From Epiperipatus broadwayi (lineage: Eukaryota; Animalia; Onychophora), in the NCBI GenBank assembly GCA_028023455.1, contig JAQFVV010000007.1, positions 11,222,001-11,286,000 of the forward strand: DNA of 64,000 bases. Direction: 5' to 3'. The notes beneath the pieces are model-generated. The model was given only the letters and a program-made list of their open reading frames with translations. It made no database searches and was not told the origin of the DNA. The stretch's first letter is position 1. Each line of letters begins with the position of its first letter. Shown here in pieces: positions 51,279 through 64,000 of the stretch. The translations under genes were made by a program, and so were the position numbers.

Positions 51279-53812
51279 AATTATTTATGTTTCTACATGT
51301 ATGTGGTCATGTGTATCAATAGTATGAGATAGTGTGGATAATTAAAAATTGCTTGAACGTCTGAGTTCAAATTCCCTATATTTACAGTTTTTAAGTAAAT
51401 GGGATAAAATTTAAATACTGCATTGGAATATCCAGTCCAAGAATAAGTTATTTAGTGGTTACTATTTTGTGATTATCTTTATACTTCCTGCATGATTTAG
51501 TGCAATGACAGAGTAAAAGACTGGGGAGTTAAAGACCTCTGTATCATAATCCAAATCTGTCAGTTTCAGAATTTAGGGATTCATGACTTTTTTGAAAATT
51601 TATAACATAAGACTTAGATTAAAAGTTAAAACTCACTGTAAAAACTAAATAACTGAGTAGCTTTATTGCTCAGAAGAGCATAAACAGTTTGTGTACTGGA
51701 AGTGACAGTGTTGAACAAGATCAACAGTTTTCAAGCTCCATAATCCATCATTCTACCACACATTACCCTGCACAATAATGAATAAATATATGAGATTTTG
51801 GTTTAAAAATGGCTTATAGAGTGAATAAATATTATATGTTTTTCTCACCAAGATTTATATAAACACTGCAATACTTATAGCAGAAAAGAGTCAGCTGTTA
51901 ATTAAAAAGAGACACATTGATTCCTTTTAGAGGCATTAAAGTAACGAGAAAATTGCAGCTGTTAATAGTATGTGATTATTTATATTTTATACAAGCATGG
52001 CAGGGTTGCTCACAAACAGGCATTACCAGCATGATGAGTATATTAGCTGTTTATCTCTGGTTTTAATATCAACAAACAACATGGACTGTCTGCTCAATTT
52101 GCCAAATAGTTCTTAAGTGAAATATCAATTGAGTTTTTTTTAAGGCAGAATGAATGTGTGAAGACAAAACTAAATCATGGCTCTTATTTCCATGAGGCTG
52201 TAAAGTTGCCAGACATGGCAGGGATTGACACCAAAGGTGGAAGATACTAAGACTCTTGTTTGTGGGCCCAGGCTGCCATTTGATGCTACTAAGAACTGCA
52301 GATCACTTTCATGTGAAAGAAGATTGCAAGACTTGTAAGAACTGTATAATATTGAATAAGACATTAGTGGACTTTATGGCATGAGAAGAAAAGGTAAAGA
52401 GACAATTGATTTAAAAAAGTGGACATGTGCTGTATGACTAAGACACAAATATTGAAAATACAAGTGGAGTAGAATTCATTATAAATAAAAAAAAAAGAAT
52501 AACATTGTAGAGATTGATGGTATGTCAGTAAGAATAGCAAGATTAGTTATTCAACTTAATGGTAGATACAAAATGCATTTAATTTAGGTTTCTGCCTTAC
52601 ATGTTCTTATTGGGATGAAGAAGTAGAAAGATTTTTATATGGATATACCAAAGACTGTTGATCATTCAGAACAACATTTTAAGATTGTCATGGGAGACTT
52701 TAATGCTATAGGTAGTAAATGATTAAAAGATAAAAGTGCTGTGAATAAATTTTATTTTAGTGATAGAAGTAAGAGAGAAATACTAGATGTATGGAGTTTG
52801 GAGAAAAAAACAACTATATTATGATTTTTTTATTTTTAGAAAAATGCTAAACTGAAATGAACATAGAAGGATTCACATGAAGATATAGAAGAATTGGATT
52901 ATATTTTAACTATAGAAAATATAAATAATACAAAATCTCTGTCAGATAATGAAAATTATTCTTCATGTATAAAGTGTGATAAAAATAATAGCTAAAATTA
53001 AAAAAAACCTAGAAAATATGTATTCCAAGACCATGCTGTTCTTAATAAATACAATGTTTTCAATAAATTCAACACAGGAAATGATCATCAATTAGTGAAA
53101 TGTAAGATACATAATAATACAAAACTAGGGAGACAGAAATATTAGAATCTTCAGAAACATTCCAATGAATTTGAATTAGAATTTGCAAATTGTTTTAAAA
53201 TATTAGCAGATTTTGAACATGATTCAGATTTGAATGAAATCAGTAGAAAGATAACTGATACATTTTTAAAAACTGCAACAAAGATAGCTGGTAGAAAAAA
53301 GCAGCAATTGACCAATAAAAATTTTATCGAGATGACAATTTATGAAGAAAAGAAGAAATATGAAAATTTATAAAATGATGCATCAAGAATGATTGAATAT
53401 CTAGAATTTTGTAAAATGGTGTGAAAAGGATGAAATAATGATATAATAAAGTATAATCGTGAATTTTGCAAGGAAAACTATTGAAGACAATAAAAGTTTC
53501 TAGAATGTAAAAGCACATTTTGTTATTAGTATAAAACTTATTTCTGCAATGAAAAAAGATGAAACTCTTACTTAAAAATGATGTCATCATGAAATGTGTA
53601 GAATAATTCTATTTAGAATTAAATAGATATTAAGAACAAGAAAAAGCACTTCCTACAAGAACTGCATCTTCAGAATTGCTCAGGATTTAAATGAAAAAGT
53701 GAGATATGCAATTAAATCTAGAAGAAGGAAAGAACTCCAGGTAATGATGGAATCATAATCAATATCTTAAAAGAATCAAGTGAAGAAATAGAAAAAAATT
53801 GTCAATGTTATA

Positions 53813-54149
53813 TACAGGTAAAACTCTTCATATAGAATTGTCACACAGTGCAAGCCAGAGTAATCAATGGATGCCATAAGGCTTGTGCATAAAATCCCCA
53901 TCTAGTGTCTACTCATCCAAAATCACCAGATTCCAATATCAAAGGTTCCTCACTGATGAAGGTCACAAGCCAACTAGTCTGGGGATATTGGATGAGTAGG
54001 CACTAGATTGGGATTTTATGCACAAGCCTTCTGGTATCTATTGATTACTTTGGCTTGCACTGAGTGGCAATACTATATGGATAGTTTTGCCTGTTTTAAT
54101 AACAGTTATAAGCAAGCATAAGAAATCGTGATAATGTGATGTTGATTGG
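53813..54149. mobile_element. HHR family A insertion in the RTE, with 10-bp TSD
   Basis: TSD caatgttata at 53803-53812 and 54150-54159. Inverted arm 53814-53928, forward copy to 54094, tail 54095-54149. RTE coding sequence resumes across it. Confidence 0.9.
53948..53984 (+). ncRNA. Minimal type I hammerhead motif, family A (GAAA partly deleted)
   Basis: cctca-CTGATGA-a-GGT-cacaa-GCC-aa-CTAG-TC-tgggg. Confidence 0.6.
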
Positions 54150-57100
54150 CAATGTTATAAACCAAATGTGTAAATGATAAAATGCACCAAATTATTGGAA
54201 GAATGCAGTAATAAAATTAATATTAAAAAAAAAAGACAAAGAAGATATTAAAAATTAAGACTACCAGTTTTTTATCATTTCTATACAAAAATTTTTATCA
54301 AAATAATTACAGTTCATTTACATTGAACTTTGGATTTCAACCAACCAAAAGAACAAGCTGGATTTAAAAGATACTTTAGTACAATGGATTCTATACATGT
54401 TTGAGAGAAATTATAGAAAGAATACATGTTTTGAGAGAAATTATAGAAGGCACCAATGAATAAAAATGTCCATTATGCTTTCAATGTGTAGATTATGAAA
54501 AGGCATTTGATTCTATAAGCATTTCTTCAATGATTAAATGGTTGAATCAAGTTTCTATGAGCATTTCTTCAGTGATTAAAGAATTGAGTCACCAAGTTAT
54601 AGATCCAGGATATTCTTATATTCTGAAAAATATTAGATTATATAATGACCCTAAGAAGAGTAACATTGAGAAGGGTGTAAAACAGGATTCATATCTCCAA
54701 AACCTATTATATCGGTTTTGCAAGAAGGATTTTTTGTATTAAAGTGGGAGATTGAGGAGGTAAATATAAATGGAGATTTTTTAAGTCATTTAGATTTTTC
54801 AGATGATGTAATTGTTTTTTTTAAATAATGCTTTAGAGCTGCAGGAAATGTTGCAAGAGTTATCAGATGAAAGTAAAAAGTGATATCAAGATGTAAATGT
54901 TAAAAAATACTAAAGTAATGTTCAAAGAATTTTCTCAAAAAAAAAAAAAAAATGAAAAAAAAAAGATCTATAATGATGAATTAGATGGAATTTGCAACTA
55001 CAATTGTTATTGTCAGATTATTACTACAGATGGAAACATAATGAACAAAATTAATCATAGAATTAAAAGAAGTATGCTTATGTGTTTGAAAAGAATGGTT
55101 TTTAATAAATGTGTTTTACCAGTTCCTACTTATGGATCTGAGACTTGGATACTTAACAAAAGTGCAATACCGAGACTTCATATCACCAAACAAGGCATTG
55201 AGAGATGCATGTTAGGAGTAACAAGAAGATATCAAAAACAAAACACATGGTTGACAGCATAAATAGATGTTACTGGCATAGAGATGGGCTGTATATATTT
55301 CTAGAAGAGATGATAATAACTAGGCAGTTGAAATGTTAAATTGGATTCCAAGAGATTGTAAGAGGCCTAGAAAGTAACTGCATTTGAGATGGATGGATGA
55401 AATAAAGAAATGTGCTGGAATAGTATGGAGAAGACAGGCTAGAGATCAGAGAAGATGAATTGAAAGCTTTCATACTGAAATATATCGAATATGCTTGAAA
55501 ATATTGATGATAATAATTTGTAGCAAACATTAGCCCAGCAGATACCTTTGTTATCTAAGGCTTAGTTATCAATTAATTGACTTTTTGTCTCTAGTAGTGA
55601 AACAATTTTTTATACATTTTTAAAAACTATCTCCCTTTTACCCATGAACCATAAATACAGAATTTGAAAACTAATTAATATTGTCATCAAAAACCAATTT
55701 TGAAGTAATCTTGAGATAAAATAATGCAGAAATCTAAGTGCTAATCATGAAATTACTAGATAGATTAATACTGTTAGCTAATATGGTAGTAATACACACT
55801 ACTATATGATATAACAACCATGTGGGTATACTTTTCAGAGCATCTTAAGCTTTGAGAAAAGCATCAGATATCTTTAAGATATTTTTGAGATTAGTACTAT
55901 GTAGTTACTCTTCTGCAATGTATTCATCTTTCCAATTTTATATTTAAACTTCTTATGCAAATTCAAGCACCAGTTTTAATCACAAGCCAGAGAAATGGAT
56001 TTAAAGCACAGGTTAATACCATAGTAAAAAAAAAAAAGAAAAAGAATATTTCTAAAATATAAAGCTGTAAAATGGATAGAAATTTGAATTTTAAATATGA
56101 TGGAGAAACAATGTTTGTTTCAAAAAAAAAGTTAAGCATAAATTAAAAAGTTCACATATAAGGAAAACACTTCCAGGTTGAGCCATTTATAGAGCATTAT
56201 CATGGACTAAAATAGTGTGCGTTTGTCAGTGTGTTAAATCTAATAAAGAAAAAATATTTTATTATCACGTAGTATACTCCATTAATATGGGAAAAGGATT
56301 ATAACATTATAGATACTTAGACCATAATATATAATACATAGTTCCAAATTTGTGTTTGTTTTCTGAAATACATACATAAAAATAGAGATAAGAAAATTAT
56401 TTATTTTAACGTGATTAAATATTTTGTTACATTTAAAATTTTATAAATTCACAGTATTGAATGTTTTACAGGATTTACTATCTGTATATAAAATTGATTT
56501 CTCTTCTATGCATACATGCAGATATTTGAACATGTACTATATTTCTTACATGGACCTTATACATTTCTTTACACAACTCATGCTATGTTTCTGTTTTCTT
56601 ACTTTTCAAATAAGCTTAGCTGTTACTTTTCTGATTTTTTTATTTATATTTTTTATAGGAAATTTTGAATATATTTTTTATGATCATATTTTTGAATGTT
56701 ATGGATTACCCTGGGGCATATTTCTGGTATTGCTTTGTGTAAGTTCTTTTCTTTTGGATCACTATTTGAATATTTTGAAGATAATGATTGGTGCCAAGTT
56801 GAAAGTATTTTCTGCTTTTCAATAAATTTTAAGGGCTGTTGTTTGAATGGGAGAAATAGTAGTTCTTAGTAAGGAAAGACTTTTAAAGACATGGATTCCT
56901 ATATATGAAGTAAATAGATTTAATATTAATGGCCCAAATTGTACACCTATGAGAACTTTACTATATCAAGAAGTTGATCACCTCTATATGAATTGACAAA
57001 TATGTATGTCTGGGCTTGATGAGACATAGAAATCTCAACAGTTTGACCATATCAACTGTTTCTTGACTTTAGGTTCATGTAATGCAGATTCAAACTATTT

Positions 57101-58118
57101 TAGTTGTCTGAGAATTTCTAGTTAGCCCAGAATTTTTCTTGACAATTGGCCTCAACCAACCAATACAACCACCCAGATGTATCTCAATATTTAGAATCAC
57201 TCTTGTATAAACCCCAAAAATAGTTGAATATTTAGTTAGAAATATCATATCATGCTTGAGTCCCATAAATGATAGATAGAACATTTATTTGCTCTATTCT
57301 AGAGCCATCTACTGTAAGTTTAAGTAATCAGTGAACAGCTGATAATATAATACCATAAAATATAAATTTTTTGTCCTGAAGGCTTTTTTGAACTCTTGCC
57401 TTTAGTAGAGAAGACTAGGATTTAAAGTTGGAGCTAAAGTTCTTGTACATGTCATACACATCTAGAAGATACCTTTTACTCCTTTATACATTTCAAGTTA
57501 ATAATCCAAATTTAACAAAAAGTTTCACACCTATGCTAACTTGCATAGCTATATGAATCAGATACCAAAGCACGTTTTACATATTTTGCTCTTCAGTTTT
57601 ATAATGACTGTAGATAGATAACTTATACTCTTTTGTTAGAAAGGTTAATACCAACAATAACATTACATGATCTCTTACAAGCTCAATAAGCAAATATTTT
57701 CACCCTAATTTAAAGTTATACATTATAATCTTAAGTAAGAGAGTACACCAAAATGTATGGTACTATACAATCCCTCAACTTCAGATTTATTGGTATTCAT
57801 TGGTTAATCAAGATTACAATAGATAACTTTAGAGTGGAGTAAAAATACCTATTCATGGTAGGATATGAATAAAAGTATGACAGACCACTTAATGTTATTG
57901 CTAGCATAAATCATTAGATTATGGGTATATGCATTACAACTTTGCTATATTGCATGTTAGTGTGCAACCCAATTTTAAATACATTAAAATTGACTTCTTG
58001 GAAAAAGCATAAAAAAAGGCAAAATTATAAAATTCTACATCCTTTAGAAAGAAAGTGTGAAAGTATATTTTGATATTACTTGCTGTTAAAAATTACCTGA
58101 AAAGTCTCAAAAGATGTA

Positions 58119-59235
58119 TGAGGAATCCAAAAGTAACCAGAATTTTCTAATAAAAATTGTTTATTTATTTTTAAGTGTTATAAATTTAATCTTTCTCAAA
58201 TTACTAGCCATTTGATGCAGTACACTGGTCTAAAAATGTTCTTCATTTTTCAAAGTAGTCTGAAAACCTTTGCAATGTGATGCTTTTGATGCCTGTGGGT
58301 TTTTTTCACTACTTCTAAGTCCTCAAAAAAATAAACCCTTTTTTTAGTCAAGATATTAAAAAAAATTACATGAAACAAGGCCAGAAAAATATGGGTGATA
58401 GATAAACTGGATCATGCTAAATTTAATTAAAAAGTGTTTCACATTCAAGACTTTGAGATGGCACTTTATTGGGGTGAAGTTTGCACTTCTGTCTTTGCCA
58501 CAAAACAAGATATCTGTGTTTTACTGAATCACATAAATGTTTCAGAACTTTCACATAAAAATCCTGATCATTAGGAACTAAATGTGAGATAAAATGCTGT
58601 TTGCATAAAAATAGCATTGCTTTGACATTGGACTTCACCCACCATGCATTTTAGGGATGCAGTAAATTTAACATTTAAATTACTCCATTCATAAATTTCC
58701 ATTTTTTCAAAATCAGCTTGCTTGTAATCTGTTTCAAGCATTACAACAGTTTTCCCTACCATTTTCTATAAATGAGGACATAATTTTACATTGTTTGAGC
58801 TTATCAGTCATTATAAAAATTACCAAATGCACAAAATGCACTTTACAAAATAATGTGTCACATGATATCACAATTACAAATGATGATGTCATTTGGAAGA
58901 CTGTTGCAGAAGGATTCCTACAAGATGTATGTGAGATATTTATTTTATATAGTGCTATGTTTTTATAAACTTAGTAGTAATAATCAGCCATTATGCTAAT
59001 GTACATGTGCTTTGGATTGAAAGGATATATGGATCCATTCTATCTTTTCACAAAGACTTTATCTTGTGTTTGGAAGTGAGAGTATTCATTTATAGTTAAA
59101 AAATCCACAAAGTGCATGTGCATTAGCTTAATGGCTAATTATTATTACTACAAGATGTATGTAGGAACAGAATCATTTATTAAAGCAGGAACATAAACCA
59201 GAGAAACAATTCTGGTTACTTTTGAGTGCCCCTCA
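58119..59235 (-). mobile_element. Internally deleted mariner element with both TIRs and TA TSD
   Basis: TA|TGAGGAATCCAAAAGTAACCAGAATT and AATTCTGGTTACTTTTGAGTGCCCCTCA|TA. Minus strand has the N-terminal GKTVV..EIYEW joined directly to KSNVKAML..LVPNDQDFYVKVLKHLCDSVKHR..LW..LH (DD34D region). Confidence 0.88.
58933..59147. mobile_element. Fold-back insertion F in the mariner 5' leader, with 15-bp TSD
   Basis: TSD ctacaagatgtatgt at 58918-58932 and 59148-59162. Arms 58972-59018 and 59102-59150; unpaired tail 58933-58971. Confidence 0.88.
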
Positions 59236-59689
59236 TATGTTTAGACATCTGGTTTATTTCAGTCTTACAATTATATTTATTATTTACATAGCAATCAAAC
59301 ATATTATTACTTCACTCTAGAGTGACTTATTGCAAGCTTCAGTAATCAGTTGTTATAAGATAGTAATACTAGAAAGATCCCAGGCCAATTAACTTTTACT
59401 GACATTCTTCAATGAGCAGCATTATATTTGCACACTCATACCATTCAGACATCTTTGCTTTTTTAAACCATTCTATTTAATGAGCTGAGATGGAAGCAAT
59501 CCAAACTGCATATACCAGTGAGTTTGCCTGATGACTAGTTCTCTTTCTAAGCTTATTGAAGCATCATCTTTGAATCAATGCATGTGTTATGTGCTGTTAT
59601 AATTTATCTATTGACCACAAAAATGTTAATATACTAGTAAATATGAATCATAAGTTTCAGCTGGAAATATTATAACATGCTTCATATTT

Positions 59690-59830
59690 TAAACCACAAT
59701 GGTCAAAGGAACAACATTAAATTTTATTTTAAATTGGGACAAACTGCAGCTAAAATGTTTGAAATGATTCAAACTGCAAATGACAGTGAAACCATGAATC
59801 ACAGAAATATTTTCTTTGGATTTTTTAAAA
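59690..59830 (+). pseudogene. Mariner transposase N-terminal HTH relic
   Basis: GQRNNIKFYFKLGQTAAKMFEMIQTA..ETMNHRNIF. Confidence 0.7.
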
Positions 59831-60332
59831 ATTTTATGATGACAGAAGGAACATTAAGTTGAGCCAATAAGTTGTCACATTTTATGTTGTAACTTGTAAT
59901 ACTGAGATGCTATTGTTTTAAAATATTATTGGTGAATAGCTAAATAAGCCACTACATAACATGTGCATTAATTCAGAGATAATGTTGAAGCCAGCTTGGA
60001 GAAAGAGACAGGCACCTTTTCATTAGGATACATTGTATAGATCAGAGATTTTTAATCTACTAACTATAAAAACACATTTCTTTTAAAACGGTGTCAGTTC
60101 TTAAGTATTTGTATCTACTGATATTATTCATTAGCTAAAAATTAGGTTGACACTTTAGTTGGCTTTACTTCCAAACATTATTGACTACCTAAGATTATGA
60201 GTAAAGTAAGAGAATGGTAGATTATTGCTGCTGCTGCTGTATGAGTTGAGAAATTCATGCTATGATTTATTACATATAATTTGCACATGAGTTTGTTCTT
60301 ATATGTTGCTATGACAACATTTTCATGCTCAC

Positions 60333-60397
60333 CATGGTTCAATGCAGTAATAAAACATTAGTATCTGGAGTATAGAATCCATGAATCGATTCCAGTG
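60333..60397 (+). mobile_element. Decayed tRNA-derived SINE head
   Basis: A-box-like tggttcaatg and B-box-like gaatcgattcc; homologous to 40805-40870. Confidence 0.5.
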
Positions 60398-60967
60398 CAG
60401 GTATTATTGGCGTTCAACATTTTATAATGACTTGAGCAATAAACCCATTTGATTATTTATTTATAGGATTTTAATTAGCAATTGATGTCAATTCATTATT
60501 TTAAATTGCTTTAGTTCGTTTTGTGCTTTCGTTTTTTTTTTTTTAAGAGTTGATTTATAGCTCATTATTTAACTTATCTGCCAACATTTTTTCATATTTC
60601 TCTTTTGTAAAATAAAAAAAAATGTCATTTCCACCAAATGATCTAAAATGTCTTAATCCTTATTTGGAATTTTGTTTGTCTTCCTTCACTCAAATTATTT
60701 CTTTTTTTTTTTTAATGCTTAAAATTTTCAAGCCTTTAATTCAGTGTATTGGCAAAACCTCTATCAGAGAAGTCTTTCTTTGACAGCAGGATAATTTTTA
60801 TGTCACAAATTCTTCTAGCAGTTAATTTTTTTAAAAATGCAAAAATGACATATTTGTCAATGTTTTCTCATTAATTATTAGTTTTTTTTAATTTAAATCA
60901 GCCGTTTTTTTTATAATTGGAAAGTAGAAAAAATATATAAATAATTAACTACAGCAGATCTCCATTC

Positions 60968-60982
60968 TAGCGCCATCTATTG
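60968..60982. promoter_or_regulatory. CTCF-like motif
   Basis: tagcgccatctattg (reverse caatagatggcgcta) resembles the bilaterian CTCF core AGATGGCGC and lies in a CpG-retaining stretch. A single motif match only. Confidence 0.3.
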
Positions 60983-62249
60983 TAAGGTTGTGTTATTAGT
61001 AATTACCAAGTTGAGAAATCTTCACCACAGATTGATTTCTGGATTTTGCCTTTATCAGTAAAACCTATTATTCGAATCTGGAAGTAGCAGTCACGTTTAA
61101 CTATATTTTACTTTTCGATCTAAAATTCTATAAATTCAAAACGCAGTAAGGTTTTGAATTCAAGCCTTCATGCTTGACAGTCATATAGATGCATCTTCAA
61201 ATCAATAAATATTTTAGTATCCGCATTTTGTTAAATTGTAGTCAGCTATATGCTCTGGCTAGGAATGATAATAATATTACATAATAGAAGATAAATAAGA
61301 GCATTACGTTCAGGTTTGAATCCTAAGCCTCATTGATAAAAATCAGACATTTATCTAGAGAAGAAGATTTAAATGCAGTATTGCCTGATAATAATTTCTC
61401 ATCCTCACCTATAGATAGTAATAAAGTAAATAAAGTCTCTGGTTTTATTATGTATAAGGTAAATAATGAAATAATTTGTTAGTAATATTTAAATAAAATG
61501 AGATAAGAATGCATACAAATTTATAATACAATAACCTTTTATTTTTATTATAGTAATTGTACTTGTAACTTAAAACAAGCAAACATAGCATTTTTTTAAA
61601 AGTTATTAATTGATAGATAATCTAATAATCAATCTAACTATTTGATATAAAATTGTGTTAATATATTTTCTTTAGTTATCTTACATATTTCTTCCTGTTT
61701 CTATATATATAAAGAAAAAACTTTGGAATAAAGTCTACAATATTTACTATACCAATATAAAAAAATAAATAATTGCTATAGTTAGCTTATGACAATGTTC
61801 CCACATTGAGTAACATTGGACTGTTAAAATAACAAAAATAATAAAATATTTTGTTGTAAAAATTTTGTCATTCATGTAAGAATGTTATGTTTGAATGACT
61901 TTAATGAGACTTTTAAATTTTATTTCAGCTATGGCATGCATCATCATAAGCTGGTTATAACTATTATTTATTTTTTTATATTTGTATATTGAATATTTAA
62001 GTGTTTATTCCAGAGTTTTTTTGTTTATTATATTCATTTTAGTTTATTTATATATATGCCATTCAGTCTTAGGATTCAAACTGTATAGCTATATCATTAA
62101 TCTCATTGATTGTGATTATATTAATTGATATTGTTATTGAAATAAGCAAATAGTTTATTAATATTGTTATTATAATTTTGGATATATCATCATTACCATT
62201 GGCAACACCACATCACTACATAACCATGTTTATATATAACAATAAAATA

Positions 62250-62640
62250 TTAATATAATGATCATCATTAACTATTATATACAGTTGTTCAATTCACAGT
62301 GGTACTTTCAGTTAATTCCTTAACCATCTTCAACTGCTGTTAAATTCAAAAAATGTAATGGAAGTAAACATCATCAACTCAAATCCCATGAATCCTGAAT
62401 GTTAACACTAGCAGCTTGTCTATTGAGTATATTCATTTTATTTCTATTTATTAAAATTGCCTCCTTAATTTTTCTTTTGTTATGGATTCTCTCTTCATAA
62501 ATAATGTTAACATATTCAAGATCAAACTTCCATTATGTTTTTTTTGTATTTAATGACAATTGAGGATGGTTAAGGAATTAACTAAAAGTACTTCTGCAGA
62601 TTAAAAGAGTGAATATAGTAGTTAATTGTCATTATATTTA
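62250..62640. mobile_element. HHR family G fold-back: arms about 62250-62368 and 62533-62640
   Basis: Reverse-complementary arms, each with a hammerhead motif: 62296-62337 (-) and 62556-62597 (+). Confidence 0.82.
62296..62337 (-). ncRNA. Minimal type I hammerhead motif, family G
   Basis: gcag-TTGAAGA-t-GGTTAA-ggaa-TTAACT-GAAA-gtac-CA-ctgt. The partner arm reads acaa-TTGAGGA-t-GGTTAA-ggaa-TTAACT-AAAA-GTAC-TT-ctgc. Confidence 0.65.
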
Positions 62641-62665
62641 TTAATTAATGGGCATTTGATTTGTA

Positions 62666-62666
62666 T

Positions 62667-62719
<53 letters not shown>
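62666..62719. repeat. (CA)n(TA)n microsatellite
   Basis: Read directly. Confidence 0.95.
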
Positions 62720-62722
<3 letters not shown>

Positions 62723-64000
62723 GAACCATTATATGCAGTACTCTAAGATCAAAATAAATCAAATTACAAAAGAAAAATGAATTTACTTTCACTTGTATGT
62801 CTAAGCTCTCACATGAATCATAGATTAGAACAATTACAAAGTGAACATTAAATCAGCTGAAATATCTTTACAACTAGTGATGGAAGAAAAATCTTAAGCA
62901 ACTTTTAAGTTGGATGATTATTAATTTGAGAATTAAGAAGTTTAAGTACCTTGGTAGTTTTATAAGTTGAAAGTTAATAAATTAAAAGAGAAGAATATTT
63001 TATCACAGGGTAATAATGTTGGCAATTAAGTTAGCTGTGCACAAAGCTGTTATTTTTGCCTAATTTACTGTAAGAAAGAGAAACTTGGATACCCTATGAT
63101 GCATTAAAAATGGATTGGGAAATATTCATTTAAAGATGTTCTGTAAAATTTTGGAAATACAGTGACAAAATAATAAAATCAATCTGTATTTTTTTCGACT
63201 TAATGAATGTGGTATTATAATAGTTCATTACTATAAAATCACAACTTTGTTAAATTGCACATGTGAAATAAATGAGCATTAAAAGAGTTTCTCAAAGAGT
63301 GATTTATTGGTGAATTTAAGCATAGTTTGCATGGGAGTGATAGAACTTCTCTGTGCCATAATGATTATCTTAAAGACCATTTAAAGAAGCGCAATGTCAG
63401 TTGTTTCATTTGGTAAATATGAAACAAATATAATACACTGAAGAGCTTCAAATACACATAGTTTTGAAATACTTTAAAACTAAATAGTGTCTGCTAAAGA
63501 AATTAAAAGGCAACATCAACATCACAAAATATCAAATAAACAAAAAAAACAAAACAACTGTGATGCATATATGTTGACATAATTTGATTCATAAAGTTGT
63601 TTTGTATAGCCATCATTTTAAAACTCATTTCTAGAATTTTTTTCTGTCTTTTCATTTTTTTTTTTGAGGTGGAGGATTGAATGGCCATATTTATGAGTAT
63701 ATTGAGTGTGTTTATTTGTAATATTTTGTAGAATGAACAGAAATAAACTCTAATTTGTGGATTGAAGTGTACATGAATTTGTTGTTAGAATAATAACATC
63801 ATAGCTGATTTTAAATTTACATTTATAGTTATCACTGTTCTAATCTATAATCAATATAACAGCTTGGGAAAATAAATTAACTTTAATGTTATAGAATGAT
63901 GCATTTATGTACATAAAATTTGTAGATTTCCTGTTTCATGACAGTGGCAGGTCAAGTACTTGAAGAGTCCTGGGCACAAAATAGTTTTGAGGTCTCTTTT

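Larger units (their letters stand above)
51025..51396. mobile_element. HHR family C locus 3: fold-back, arms about 51025-51198 and 51221-51396, with two core-intact ribozyme motifs
   Basis: Inverted arms with a 22-bp spacer. HHRs at 51141-51184 (-) and 51235-51278 (+). A-box-like tagtgtgg at 51330 and B-box-like gagttcaaattcc at 51363. Confidence 0.9.
52290..55520 (+). mobile_element. Near-full-length degenerate RTE LINE (APE and RT), interrupted by a family A insertion
   Basis: APE: IVMGDFNA, LDYIL, GNDHQLV. RT: WKNAVIKLILKK, EQAGFK, VDYEKAFDSI, KGVKQ, FSDDV, TYGSETW. The 5' UTR may extend to about 52170. Confidence 0.9.

Noticed and set aside
59520-59570. CTGATGA as another hammerhead
   Set aside because: There is no helix II followed by GAAA, and only patchy inverted similarity to 59320-59390.

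Overview
AT-rich, CpG-depleted, repeat-dominated DNA that reads as an animal nuclear genome (intronic or intergenic). No complete host gene is visible; there are only a few candidate exons. The one long intact ORF (43283-44596) is a 5'-truncated Penelope-like element (PLE) with RT plus GIY-YIG endonuclease. It sits in a young 3.15-kb insertion with 1.25-kb inverted arms, a 48-nt unpaired 3' tail, a 14-bp TSD and a hammerhead-like motif in each arm. The main observation is that this same architecture (inverted partial copy, forward copy with a 30-55-nt tail, 10-15-bp TSD) recurs in miniature. About 15 short fold-back insertions occur across the window. Five or six of their families carry minimal type I hammerhead ribozyme (HHR) motifs, mostly with a palindromic helix III. 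Two loci have 333-377-nt monomer periodicity, and several carry tRNA B-box-like motifs. These look like retrozyme/Sm-alpha-like non-autonomous RNAs mobilised by PLE machinery (inference). Background repeats: an 8.2-kb LTR element (TG..CA termini, 5-bp TSD, Ty3/gypsy gag-protease relics) that splits an RTE LINE; further RTE, CR1-like and other LINE relics; mariner and pogo-like DNA elements and MITEs; tRNA-derived SINEs; microsatellites. All alignments were made by eye. Boundaries of degenerate elements are approximate, and no ribozyme activity is demonstrated.
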